From: Mobula hypostoma
Taxonomy: Eukaryota
DNA: 64,000 nt
Direction: 5' to 3'
Assembly (NCBI RefSeq): GCF_963921235.1
Contig: NC_086098.1
Span: 4,092,001-4,156,000 of the forward strand
How positions within the stretch are numbered: position 1 is the stretch's first letter; each line of letters begins with the position of its first letter. The translations under genes were made by a program, and so were the position numbers. The notes beneath the pieces are model-generated. The model saw nothing but the letters and a program-made list of their open reading frames with translations, was not told where the DNA came from and did not search any database. Positions 50,896 to 63,194 of the stretch are shown in pieces.

Positions 50896-51820
50896 CAGGT
50901 TGAGTACCCCTTCTCTGAAGTGTTTCAGATTTCAGAGTTTTGAGGATTTTGGAATATATAATGAGATAGCTTGGGATTGCCATTATTTCCAGTCTGAATT
51001 TATGTGCTGCCGTTAAGCACTCTCTGTCTTTCACTTGTTCATCACACATGCAGAAAGTCTCAGGCACCCGAGATTTTTGTATGATTTTAGCCGGTACATA
51101 GAAAGATGGAAAACCTATAGCACAATACAGGCCCTTCACCCACAAAGTTGTGCTGAACATGTCCCTACCTTAGAAATTACTAGGCTTACCTATAGCTCTC
51201 TATTTTTCTAAGCTCCATGTACCCATCCAAAAGTCTCTTAAAAGACCCCATCGTATCCACCTCCACCACCGTTGCTGGCAGCCCATTCCGCGCACTCACC
51301 ACTCTCTGCATAAAAAACTTACCTCTGACATCTCCTCTGTACCTGCTCCCCAGCACCTTAAACCTGTGTCCTCTTGTAACAACCATTTCAGCCCTGGGAA
51401 AAAGCCTCTAACTATCCACATGATCAATGCCTCTCATCATCTTATACACTTCTATCAGGTCACCTCTCATCCTCCGTCACTCCAAGGAGAAAAGGCTGAG
51501 TTCACTCAACCTATTCTCATAAGGTACGCTCCCCAATCCAGGCAGCATCCTTGTAAATCTCTTCTGCACCCTTTCTATAGTTTCCACATCCTTCCTGTAG
51601 TGAGGTGACCAGAACTGAGCACAGTACTCCAAGTGGGGTCTGACCAGGGTCCTATATAGCTGCAACATTACCTCTTGGCTCCTAAATTCAAACCCATGAT
51701 TGATGAAGGCCAATGCACTGTATGCCTTCTTAACCACAGAGTCAACCTGCGCAGCTGCTTTGAGTGTTCTATGGACTCGGACCCCAAGATCCCTCTGATC
51801 CTCCACACTGCCAAGAGTCT
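50896..51820. mobile_element. Tigger-like terminal fragment (50896-51095) followed by a CR1 3' end (-, 51095-51820)
   Basis: caggttgagtacccc terminus. ORFs 51477-51911 and 51186-51386. Confidence 0.75.
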
Positions 51821-51824
51821 CAGG

Positions 51825-54135
51825 GAGGCCTTCAAAATCCAAGAAAAGGCAACTAAGAAAAGCTATAAGAAGGGAAAAGATGAAATATGAGGGCAAACTA
51901 GGCAATAACATACAGCAGGATACTGAAAGATTTTCAGTTATATAAAGAATAAAAAGAATGTGAGAGTTGATATTGGACCACTGGAAAGTGATGCTGGTGA
52001 GGTAGTAATGGGGAACAAAGAAATGGCAGATGAAGTTAATACATCAAAGTTGCTGGTGAACGCAGCAGGCCAGGCAGCATCTCTAGGAACCCGTACAGTC
52101 GACGGTTTGGGCCGAGACCCTTCGTCAGATTTCCACGTGTTTGAGATGAACTTAATAGGTACTTTGCTTCAGTCTTTACTGTGGAATACACTAGCAATGG
52201 GCCAGAGGTCCCTGAGTGTCAGGGTGCAGGAGTGAGTGCCATTGCAATTACAAGGGAAAATGTGTTAGGCAAACTGAAAGATCTTATGATGGATAACTCA
52301 CCTGGACCAGACGGACTACATCTCAGAGTCTAGAAAGAGGATGCTGAAGAGTTAACAAATGTATTGGTCATGATCTTTCAAGAATCACTTGATTCTGACA
52401 TGGTCCTGGAGGACAGGAAGATTGCAAATGTCACTCCACTCTTTAAGAAGGGAGGAAGACAAAAGAGAGGAAATTATAGGCCAGTTAGCCTAACTGCAGC
52501 GGTTGGGAAAGTGTTGGAGTCTATTACTAAGGACGAGGTTTTTGGGGTACTTGGAGACTAATGATAAAATAAGTCAACATGGTTTCTGTAAAGGGAAATT
52601 TTGCTTTAAAAATCTGTTAGAATCCTTGGAGGATGTAACACCTAGGGTGGACAGAGAAGAGGCAGTGTATGTCATTTACTTGGACTTTCAGAAGACATTT
52701 GATAAGGTGCCTCATGTGAGGCTGCGTAGCAAGATAAAATACTATGGCATTACAGGAAAGATACTGGCATGGCTTGAGGAATAGTTACTAGGCGGGAGGC
52801 GGCGAGTGGGAATACAGGGTGCCTTTTCTGGTTGGCTGCCAGACACTAGTGGTGTTCCTCAGGGATCAGTACTGGGACCATTACTTTTCACATTATTTGT
52901 CAATGATTTAGATAATGGGATTGATGACTTTGTGACAAAGTTTAGTCATAGTCATACTTCATTAATCCCGGGGGAAATTGGTTTTCGTTACATTTGCTCC
53001 ATAAATAATAAATAGTAATAGAACCATAAATAGTTAAATAGTAATATGTAAATTGTGCCAGTAAATTATGAAATAAGTCCAGGACCAGCCTATTGGCTCA
53101 GGATGTCTGACCCTCCAAGGGAGGAGTTGTAAAGTTTGATGGCCACAGGCAGGAATGACTTCCTATGACGCTCTGTGTTGCATCTCGGTGGAATCTCAGT
53201 TTGCAGATGATACAAAGATAGGTGGAGGGGTAGGTAGTGCTGAGGAAGCAATGTGATTGCAACAAGACTTAGACAAATTGGAAGAATGGGCAAAAAAGTG
53301 GCAGATGGAATACAGTGCTGGGAAATATATAATAGTGCATTTTGGTAAAAGGAACAAAACTGTAGACTATTATCTAAATGAGGAGAAAATTCAAACAACA
53401 GAGGTGCAAAGGGACTTAGGAGTCCTCATGCAAGACACCCAGAAGATTAATTCACAGGTTGAGTCTGTGGTGAAGAAGGTAAATGCAAAGTGGGTTTTTT
53501 AATATTTTATTTCAAGGGGAATAAAATATAAAAGTAAGGAGATAATGCTGAGGCTTTATAAGACATTAGTCAGGTGGCACTTGGAGTATTGTCAACAGTT
53601 TTGAGCCTCATATCTCAGAAAGAATGTATTATCATTGGAGAGAGTTCAGAGGAGGTTCACGAGGATGATTCCGGGAACGAAGGGGTTAACATATGAGGTG
53701 TGTTTGGCAGGTTTAAGCCTGTACTCACTGGAATTTAGAAAATCCTGGGGGGATCTAATTGAAACCTACCAAATGTTGAAAGGACTCAATAAAGTGAAGG
53801 TGGAGAGGATGGTTCCTCTGGTGGGGGTATCCAGAACTGGAGGGCACAGCTCAAAACTGAGGGGAGCCCTTTTAGAAAAGAAGTAAGGAGGGTATTTTTT
53901 AGCCAGAGAGTGGTGAGTCTGTGGAGTGCTCAGCAACATTCTGTGGTGGAGGCCATCTCTGTGGGTATACTCAACGGGGAAGTTGATAGATTCCTGATTG
54001 GTCGGGGTATCAAGGGACATAGTGAGAGGGCAGGTGTATGGGGTTGAATGGGATGTGGGTTCAGCCATGATGAAATGGTGAACGGGCTCGATGGGCTGAA
54101 TGGACTAATTCTGCTACCATGTCTATGGTCTGATG
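51825..54135 (+). mobile_element. CR1 RT to 3' end with nested PLE (52042-52143) and Rex1 (-, 52944-53195) pieces
   Basis: RT ORFs 52364-53886. PLE TSD agatgaagttaata / agatgaacttaata at 52028-52041 and 52144-52157. Confidence 0.85.
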
Positions 54136-54139
54136 GACT

Positions 54140-54310
54140 TAGAGGTGATTGGCCCCAGGTTCGAATCCAGCCAGCTCCTCGCACCCTTTCCATCCCTGCT
54201 GGGTTGTGCGTCCAGCGAGCAACTCAGCCTCAGTAAGAAAACAGACAGATGCTAAGAAATGGCAAGGCTGTCACCAATTTGCTACAAGGTGTGGAAAGAA
54301 ACAACATTAC
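54140..54310 (+). mobile_element. Probable tRNA-derived SINE fragment
   Basis: B-box GGTTCGAATCC at about 54157-54167. No complete cloverleaf is visible. Confidence 0.45.
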
Positions 54311-54489
54311 TCCTGCTGCACTTTTAAAAAGCAACTCGTGCAAGCAGCTACAATGGAACCAACAAATATTCCCGTTTTAGACTGCTACAGCTCAAGTCAT
54401 GGCCAATATAGTAAGCAATATCATTTTAAGGAGTTTAAAAAAAATTATTGCTACTCAAAGTCGATAAATTTCAGACAGCAGTCTCCAGT

Positions 54490-55950
54490 CGCAAGTGTGG
54501 TTCCCCTTTAAGATAATGGAAGCGAGAACACTGTGCTGGATTAAAAGAATGTTTAAGGAGAAAACTGTTTTGACTTTCACTACCAATTATTCTGTTGGCA
54601 AACATACAGTCTGTGGAAAATAAAATCAATGACCTCACAGCACGATTGCTGTAACAGAGGGAGATCAGGGTCTGTTGTGTTTTTTGTTTCATGCAGACTT
54701 GGCTATCCCCCGCCATTCCAGACACAATGATACAACTCACTAGATTCATGATTCACTGCCAAGATAGGATTGCTGAATCTTTCAAAGGCAGAGGAACTGG
54801 AGTATGCTTTATGATTAACTCCTGGTGGTGCACAAGCATGGCAGTTATGTCCCCGTGCTGCTCACCCAGCCTGGAACATCTAGCAATCAGGTGTCGTCCA
54901 TTTTATCTGCTGTGACGGTTTTCAGCCATTGCTTTGGTAGTGTAGTACATTCCATCATAGGCCCAGGTCAAACAAGCTCCAGACAAATCGAGCAACATAA
55001 TCATCAGGCATGAAACAGCACACTCAGATGCCTTCCCGTCATCTTGGGGGATTTTAACCAGGCCAACTTGAAAAAGTCTCGAAATAGTTATTAACAACAA
55101 ATGACCTGTAGTCCCAGAGGAACCATCATACTGCACCACTGTTACATCACCATCAAGAGTGCTTACCGTGCTATCCCACGCCCTCACTTCGGGAAGTCTG
55201 GTCACCTGACTGTACTTCTACTCCCTGAGTACAGGCAGAGACTGAAGACTGCAGCACCAGCAGTGAGGACCAAGGAAGTGTGGACAAGGGAAGCACAGGA
55301 GCGCCTACAGGACTGCTTTGAATTGGTGGTCTCGACAGTATTCAGGGATTCATATTCGAAGCTGGATGAGTACACTGCAGTTGTTACTGACTTCATTAAA
55401 ACCTTTGTGGATGAGTGTGTGCCCATGAGAACACACCCGAATCAAAGTCATGGATGAACCAGGAGATTCGTAGACTGCTGTGGGCTAGACCTGTGACATT
55501 CAAGACTGGTGATCCAGGACTATACAAGAAGGCCAGGTAAGATTTATGGAGAGCTACCTCAAGAGTAAAAGAACAATTCTGATTGAGATTAGAGGCAGAA
55601 TTGGATGCACATCAACTCTGGCAAGGTTTGCAGGATATTACTTCCTACAAAGTGAAACCTGACATCATGAGTGGAATTGATGCTTCACTCCCAGATGAGA
55701 TCAACGCCTTTTATGTTCGCTTTCAAAGGGAGAATGTAACTACAGCTATGAGAATCCCTGCAGCAGATGGTGACACTGTGATCTCTGTCTCAGAGGCTGA
55801 CATCAGAACATCTCTCAAGAGGGTGAATCCTTGCCAGGCGACAGGTCCTGATGGAGTATCTGGTAGGGCCCTGAAAACCTGTGCCAACAAACTGGCATGT
55901 GTGTTCAAAGACATTTTCAGTCTCTCATTGCTACAGTCAGATGTTCCCAC
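54490..55950 (+). mobile_element. Rex1/Babar LINE endonuclease, linker and RT N-terminus, decayed
   Basis: GVCFMINSWWC, IRCRPFYL, PRPHFGKSGHLTVLLLPEYRQRLK and ATGPDGVSGRALK. Confidence 0.85.
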
Positions 55951-56665
55951 TATTATTAAGTATAAGGTTTTGAGGTACTTGGAGACTAACGATAAAATGT
56001 CAAAGTCAGCATGGTTTCTGGAAAGGGAAATGTTGCTTAAACATCTGTTAGAGTTCTTCAGGGAAGTAACAAGCAGGGTGGACAAAGGAGAGGCAGTGGA
56101 TGTCATTTACTTGGATTTTCAGAAGGCACTTGCTAAGGTGCCATACATGAGGCTGCTTAACAAGACAAAATCTATGGTGTTACAGGAAAGATGCTGGCAT
56201 GGAGAGAAGAACAGCTGACTGAGAGGAGGCAGTGAGTGGGAATAAAGGCAGTCTTTTCAGGTTGGCTGCCAGTGACTAGTGGTGTTCTTCAGGGGCCAGT
56301 ATTGGGACCGCTGCTTTTCGCAGTTTGTCTGTGATTTTGATAATGGAATTGATGAATTTGTGACAAAGTTTGGGGATGATACGAAGATATGTGCAGGGGT
56401 AGGTAGTGCTGAGGAAGCAATGCGATTGCAGTAGGACTTAGACAAATTGGAAGTATGGGCAAAAAAGTGGCAGATGAAATACAGTGCTGCGAAATGTATG
56501 ATAATATGTTTTGGTAAAAGGAACAATAGTGCAGACTATTATCTAAATGGGGAGAAGGTTCAAACATCAGAGGTTCGTTGGAGATTATGGGTCCTCATGC
56601 AAGACTCCCAGAAGGTTAATTTACAGGTTGAGTCTGTCGTAAAGAAGGCAAATAAAATGTTGGCA

Positions 56666-58014
56666 ACGCACATCGAAGTTGCTGGTGAATGCAACAGGCC
56701 AGGCAGCATCTCTAGGAAGAGGTACGGTCGACGTTTCAGGCCGAGACCCTTCGTCAGGACTAACTGAAGGAAGAGTTAGTAAGAGATTTGTAAGTGGGAG
56801 GGGGAGGGGGAGATCCAAAATGATAGGAGAAGACAGGAGGGGGAGGGATGGAGCCAAGAGCTGGACAGGTGATTGGCAAAGGGGATATGAGAGGATCATG
56901 GGACAGGAGGCCCAGGGAGAAAGACAAGGGGGAGGGGGAAACCCAGAGGATGGACAAGGGGTATAGTCAGAGGGACAGAGGGAGAAAAAGGAGAGTGAGA
57001 GAAAGAATGTGTGTATAAAAATACATAACAGATGGGGTACGAGGGGGAGGTGGGGCATTAGCAGAAGTTAGAGAAGTCAGTGCTCATGCCATCAGGTTGG
57101 AGGCTACCCACACAGAATATAAGCTGTTGTTCCTCCAACCTGAGTGTGGCTTCATCTTCACAGTCGAGGAGGCCATGGATAGACATGTCAGAATGGGAAT
57201 GGGATGTGGAATTAAAATGTGTGGCCACTGGGAGATCCTGCTTTCTCTGGTGGACAGAGCGTAGGTGTTCAGCAAAGTGGTCTCCCAGTCTGCGTCGAGT
57301 CTCGCCAATATATAGAAGGGCACATCGGGAGCACCGGACGCAGTATATCACCCCAGCCGACTCACAGGTGAAGTGTTGCCTCACCTCTAAGGACTGTCTG
57401 GGGCCCTGAATGGTGGTAAGGGAGGAAGTGTAAGGGCATGTGTAGCACTTGCTCCGCTTACAAGGATAAGTGCCAGGAGGGAGATCAGTGGGGAGGGATG
57501 GGGGGGCGACGAATAGATGAGGAAGTCACGTAGGGAGCGATCCCTGCGGAAAGCGGGGGGGCGGGGAGGGAAAGATGTGCTTAGTGGTGGGATCCCGTTG
57601 GAGGTGGTGGAAGTTACGGAGAATATGTTGGACCCAGAGGCTGGTGGGGTGGCAGGTGAGGACCAGGGGAACCCTATTCCTAGTGGGGTGGCGGGAGGAT
57701 GGAGTGAGAGCAGATGTGCGTGAAATGGGGGAGATGCGTTTGAGAGCAGAGTTGATGATGGAGGAAGGGAAGCCTCTCTCTTTAAAAAAGGAGGACATCT
57801 CCCTCGTCCTGGAATGAAAAGCCTCATCCTGAGAGCAGATGCGGCAGAGACGGAGGAATTGCGAGAAGCGATGGCATTTTTGCAAGAGACAGGGTGAGAA
57901 GAGGAATAGTCCAGATAGCTGTGAGAGTCAGTAGGCTTATAGTAGACATCAGTGGATAAGCTGTCTCCAGAGATAGAGACAGAAAGATCTAGAAAGGGGA
58001 GGAAGGTGTCGGAA
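56666..58014 (-). mobile_element. Penelope-like element (RT C-terminus, GIY-YIG, UTR, hammerhead) with a TSD of about 16 bp
   Basis: ORFs 57387-58091 (FLPFLDL...YYKPTDSHSYL) and 57058-57384. TSD aaataaaatgttggca / aaataaaatgttagca at 56650-56665 and 58015-58030. Confidence 0.92.
56727..56761 (-). ncRNA. Minimal type I hammerhead ribozyme motif, core intact
   Basis: GUC-CUGACGA-AGGGUCUCGGCCU-GAAAC-GUC^-GAC in the PLE 3' end. Confidence 0.72.
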
Positions 58015-58660
58015 AAATAAAATGTTAGCATTGATTTTAAGGGGGGTAGAATATAAAAGCAAGACAATAATGCTGAGCCTTTATAAGACACTAGTCAGAC
58101 TGCACTTGGAGTATTGTCAACAGATTTGGGCCCATATCTCAGAAAGGATGTGTTGTCATTGGAGAAGGTCCAGAGGAGGTTCATGAAGATGATTCTGGGA
58201 ATGAAGGGGTTAACATATGAGGAACGTTTGGCAGCTTTGGGCCTGTAGTCACTGGAGTTTAGAAGAATGCTGAGGGATCTCATTGAAACCTACCGGATGT
58301 TGAAAGGACTCAATAGAATGGATGTGGTGATGATGTTTCCTTTGGTGGGGGTGTCTAGAACTAGAGGGCACAGCATCAAAATTGAGGAAAGACCCTTTAG
58401 AACAGAGGTAAGCTGGAATTTTTTTAGGCAGAGTGTGGTGAATCTGTGGAATGCTCTGTCACAGACTGTGGTGGAGGCCAAGCCCATGCATATAGTTAAG
58501 GCGGAATTTAATTGTTTCCTGATCGGTCAGGGTATCAAAGGATAAGGTAAGAAGGCAAGTATGTGGGGTCGAGTGGGATCCAGGATCAGCCACGATGGAA
58601 AGCTGGAGCAGAGTCTATGAACTGAATGGCCTAATTCTGCTCCTTTGTCTTATGGTCTTA

Positions 58661-61600
58661 TGCTTCAACTATACCAGTGCCAAGCAAAGCAGGGTGAGCC
58701 ACCTTAAGAGGGGAAGGAGGGGAAGTGCACAGCCAGAGTCTGTGTTATATACATCTGTGGCTGTTCCCTTTAACAATATGTACATAACTTTATATACTAT
58801 TGAGGGGGGTTGACCAAATGGGGGGGAGCCACAGTTACAGGGTCTCTGGCACTAAGTGCAGTGCTGTGACTCAGAAGAACAGGGCTGGAGTGTTGACAGG
58901 AGATTCCTTAGTCAGAGGAACAGAGGTGAGGTTCTGTGGGCACATTAGAAACACCTGGATGGTTAATTGCCTCCCTGGTCTCAGGATCAGGGAGGTCCTG
59001 GATCAAGTCCATGGCACTCTCAAGGGTGAGATTGAGAAGCCAGAAATCTTGATACATATTGGTACCAATGACATATGCAGACAAGGTGAGAAGACCCTGA
59101 AGAGAGATTTTATGGAGCAAGGTAGAAAGCTTGTAGTAATCGCTGGATTGCTGTCTGTGCCACGTGCCAGTCAGGGTAGAAATAGGATGATTTGGCAAGT
59201 GAATGCGTGGCTGAGAAACTGGTGCAGGGGGCAGGAGTTCAGATTTATGGATCATTGGTATCTCTTCTGGGAAGTTATGACCTGTACAAAAGGGACATGT
59301 TACATCTGAACCCAAGGGTGTCCAATATCCTTGCTGGCAGGTTGGATAGAGTTTTTCGGGTGGATTTAATCTAATTTGGCAGGTGGCTGGGAACCAGGGT
59401 GATAGTGCTGAAGTTGTGGTAGATGTTTTACAAACAGAAACACTATGTAGTGAGACTCCTAGCAAGGAGCGTCTGATTATCGGGCAAAATTGCAGACAAC
59501 AGGATGAGTTGTAATGTAAAAGGCAGACAAAATTGAAATGGGTGAATACAGGACTGAAGGTGTTATATTTGAATGTGCGCAGTATACTGAATAAGGTAGA
59601 TGAACTTGTAGCACAGTTACAGATTGGCATGTATGATGTTGTACACACCACTGAATCATGGCTGGAAGAAGATTATAGCTGGGAGCTTAATGTTCAAGGC
59701 CACACATTGTGACTGGCAGGAAAGCAGAGGGAGTGGTGTTGCTGTTGGTAAAAGATAAAATAAAATCATTAGAAAGAGATGACATAGGGTCAGATCATTG
59801 TGGATAGAGCTAAGGAACTGCAAGGGTAAAAAGACCCTGATGGGAATTATATACAGACCTCCAAACAGTAGTAAGGATGTGGTCTACAACTTACAACAGG
59901 AGACAGAAGATGCATGCCAAAAGGAAATTCTTAACATAGTCATGGGGGATTTCAATATACAGGTAGATTGGGAAAATCAGGTTTGTGCTAGATTCCAAGC
60001 GACAGAGTTTCTAAAATGCCTAGATGACTTTTTAGTGCAGCTTGTGGTTGAGCCCACTAGGGGATCAGCTTTTAGAGATCGGGTGTTGTGCAATGAACCA
60101 GAATTGATAAGACAGCTTAAGGTAAAAGAACCATCTGGGATAAGTGATCAGAATATGATCACATTTACCCTAAAATTTGAGAAGAAGCTAAAGTCAGATG
60201 TATCAGTATTGCAGTGGAGTAAAAGGAATTACATAGACATGCATTGATTGGAAAAGAACACTGGCAGAGCAGCAATGGCTGGAATTTCTGGAAGCAATTC
60301 AGAAGGTAGAGGGTATATACATCTTGAAGAGGAAGAAGTATTCCAAAGGAAAGATGACACAACCATGGCTAACAAGAGAAGTCAAAGCCAACATAAAGGC
60401 CAAAGAGAAGTGTATAACAGAGCAAAAATTAGTGGAAAGTTAGAGGATTGGGAAGCTTTCAAATACCAACAGAAGGCAATGAAAAATGTCATTAAGAAGG
60501 TAAAGATGGAATATGAAATTAAGATAGCCAATAATATCATGAAGACACCAGAAGCTTCTTCAGATACATAAAATGTGAAAGAGAGGCGACAGAGAATATT
60601 GTACCTCTGGAGAGGCAGTATTGGGGTACATTGAAATGGCCGACGAACTGAATAAGTATCTTACATTGTGGAAGACACTAGCAGTATGGTGGAAGCTCCA
60701 AGTGTCAAGAGTCATGAAGTGTGTGAAGTTACTATAACTAAAGAGAAGGTACTTGGGAAACTGAAAAGTCTGAAGGTAGATAAATCACTTGGACCAGATG
60801 GTATACACCCCAGGTTCAGAAAGAGGTGGCTGAAGAGATTGTGGAAGCACTAGTAATGATCTTTCAAGAATCACTAGATTCTGGAATGGTTCCAGAAAAC
60901 TGGAAAATTGCAAATGTCACTCCACTCTTCAAGAAGGGAGAAAGGCAGAAGAATGGAAACTATAGGCCATTAGCCTGACCTCAGTGGTTGGGAAAATGTT
61001 GGAGTCAATTGTTAAGGATGTGGTTTCCGGGGTTCTTGGAGTCACATGATAAAATAGGCTGTAATCAGCATGGTTTCCTCGAAGGAAAAACTTGTCTGAC
61101 AAATCTTTTGCAAATCTTTCAAGAAATAACAAGCAGAGTAGACAAAGAAGAATTGGTTGATATTGTGTACTTGGATTTTCAGAAGGCCTTTGACAGATGC
61201 CACACATGGAGGCTGTTTAACAAGCTACAAGCCCTTGGAATTACAGGAAAGATTCTAGTATTGATAAAGCAGCGGCTGATTGGCAGGGGGCAAAGAGTGG
61301 GAATAAAGGGAGCCTTTTCTGGCTGGCTGCCAGTAACTAGTGGTGTTCCACAGGGGTCTGTGTTGGTGTGTTGGGACTGATTCTTTTTACATTTTATGTC
61401 AAAGATTTGGACGATGGAATTGATGGCTTTGTTGCAAAGTTTGCAAATGTTACAAAGGTTGGTGGAGGGACAAGTAGACCTGGGGAAGTAGAGAGACTTA
61501 GGCAGATTAGGAGAATGGGCAAAGAATTGGCAGATGGAATACAGTGTTGGGGAGTGTGTGCTCATGCAGTTTGGTCGAAGAAATGAAGGGGTTGACTATT

Positions 61601-63190
61601 TTCTGAATGTAGAGAAAATACAAAAATCTGAGGTGCAAAGGGACTTGGAAGTCCTTGTGCAGGATTACTTAAAGGTTAATTTGCAGGTTGAGTCTGTGGT
61701 AAGGAAGGCAAAGGAAGGCAAGTTAGCATTCATTTCGAGAGGACTAGCATATAAAAGCAAGGATGTGATGCTGAGGCTTTATAAGGCCCTGGTGAGGCCT
61801 CACTTAGAGCACTGTGAAAAATTTTCAGCCCCTTATCTTAGAAAAAGTGTGCTGAAACTGGAGCAAATTTAAAGAAGGTTCACAAATTTACGCGGAATAA
61901 AGTCAAGATGGCGCTAATCAGTGACTCCTTTGCTTGCCTCTTCAGAAACAGCTCTATTTCTATCTTTGATATCTCTTTTTTTCCTTTTCAAGGTTCTTTT
62001 GAAGACCCTGACCTGGAGTTACACTCTGACCTCGCTCTTTGCAGGAATGAGACCCACTCACTGGGCCTCACGACCAGCTGCTTTTGGATATCCCAAGGAC
62101 GCAGCCTGGAAGACTAGCACACCTTCAAGGTGCTGGATTTCTGTGGCTCTGGATACACAGGCCGATTCAAGGCCAGTGCCCCTGACTGAGGCATCGCGGG
62201 AGAACACAGAACAATGGGAGCAGTGGTTTGGCTGCTGGCTGTGTGTCTGGAGACCTGAGCCTTTCTGGGTGCAGAGCTCAGAAAAAGCAGCACAATAGAC
62301 TTTTAACATCATAAATCAGCGAGTTGCTTCTTATGTCTCCCCTCTCACCGTGAAACATGGACACCTCTTTTTCCCTTATTAGGGAGAGAGAGAGCCTGTG
62401 GTAAATCAAATACCGGGTGAATGAGTAAACGTTGGAGTACTACAAGTCTGTGTCTTTATTGATGCTTACTGTACACTTGAGTGCTCGGTGGAGGGTGCCG
62501 ATGCTTTTTTTGCTGGTGGGGAGGGGTTGTTGCCTTGCTACTGCTTGTGCGTGGGAGGGGGGAGCTGGGAGGGGAGCTTTGGGGTTCTAGTATTTAACTG
62601 TCATTCATTCTTTGGAGCACTCCTCTGTTTTTGTGGATGTATCCGAAGAAAAATAATTTCAGGATGTATATTGTATACATTTCTCTGACATTAAGTGTAC
62701 CTATTGAACATATTGAAAATGATTCCAGGATTGTATGGCTTGTCATTTGAAGGCTAAGGGTCTGTATTCACTAGAATTCAGAAGAATGAGGGGTGACCTC
62801 ATTGAAACCTATTGAATGGTAAAGCCCTTGACAGAGTGGATGTTGAATGGATGTTTCTTATGGTGGGAGAGTCTAAGACCAGAGAACACATCCTCAAAAT
62901 AGAGATGTATCCTTTTAGAATGGAACCGAGGAGGAATTTCTTTAGCCTAAGAGCAGTGAATCTGTGAAATTCATTGCCACAGCCAACTGTGGAGGCCAAG
63001 GCTTTATGTATATTTAAGGCAGAGGTTGATAGATTCTTGACCGGTCAGGGTATGAAGGGATACAGCAGGAAGGCAGGAGACTGGGGCTGAGAGGAAAATG
63101 GAACAGATATGTTGAAATGGTGGAGCAGACTCAATTGACCAAATGGCTTAATTCTACTCCTATATCTTATGGTCCTATGGTCTCATGGTC
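58661..63190 (+). mobile_element. Near full-length decayed CR1 LINE (ORF1 esterase, EN, RT, 3' tail)
   Basis: ORF 58800-59309 has GDSLVRG and HIGTND. EN at 59798-60247, RT at 60668-61872, tail tcttatggtcctatggtctcatgg. Confidence 0.9.
61886..62716 (+). mobile_element. Non-coding retroposon with an AAGATGGCG head, inserted in the CR1
   Basis: Interrupts the CR1 sequence gaaggttcacaa|aatgattccagga. Ends acattaagtgtacctattgaacatattgaa. Its 3' half resembles 46340-46690. Confidence 0.72.
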
Positions 63191-63194
63191 TTAA

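Larger units (their letters stand above)
55950..58660 (+). mobile_element. CR1 RT to 3' end, split by a PLE
   Basis: YLDFQKAL and WQMKYS remnants. Resumes at 58015 with a tcttatggtctta tail at about 58645-58660. Confidence 0.85.

Noticed and set aside
54140..54200. tRNA gene
   Set aside because: Only a B-box is clear, with no acceptor stem or cloverleaf. More likely a SINE head.
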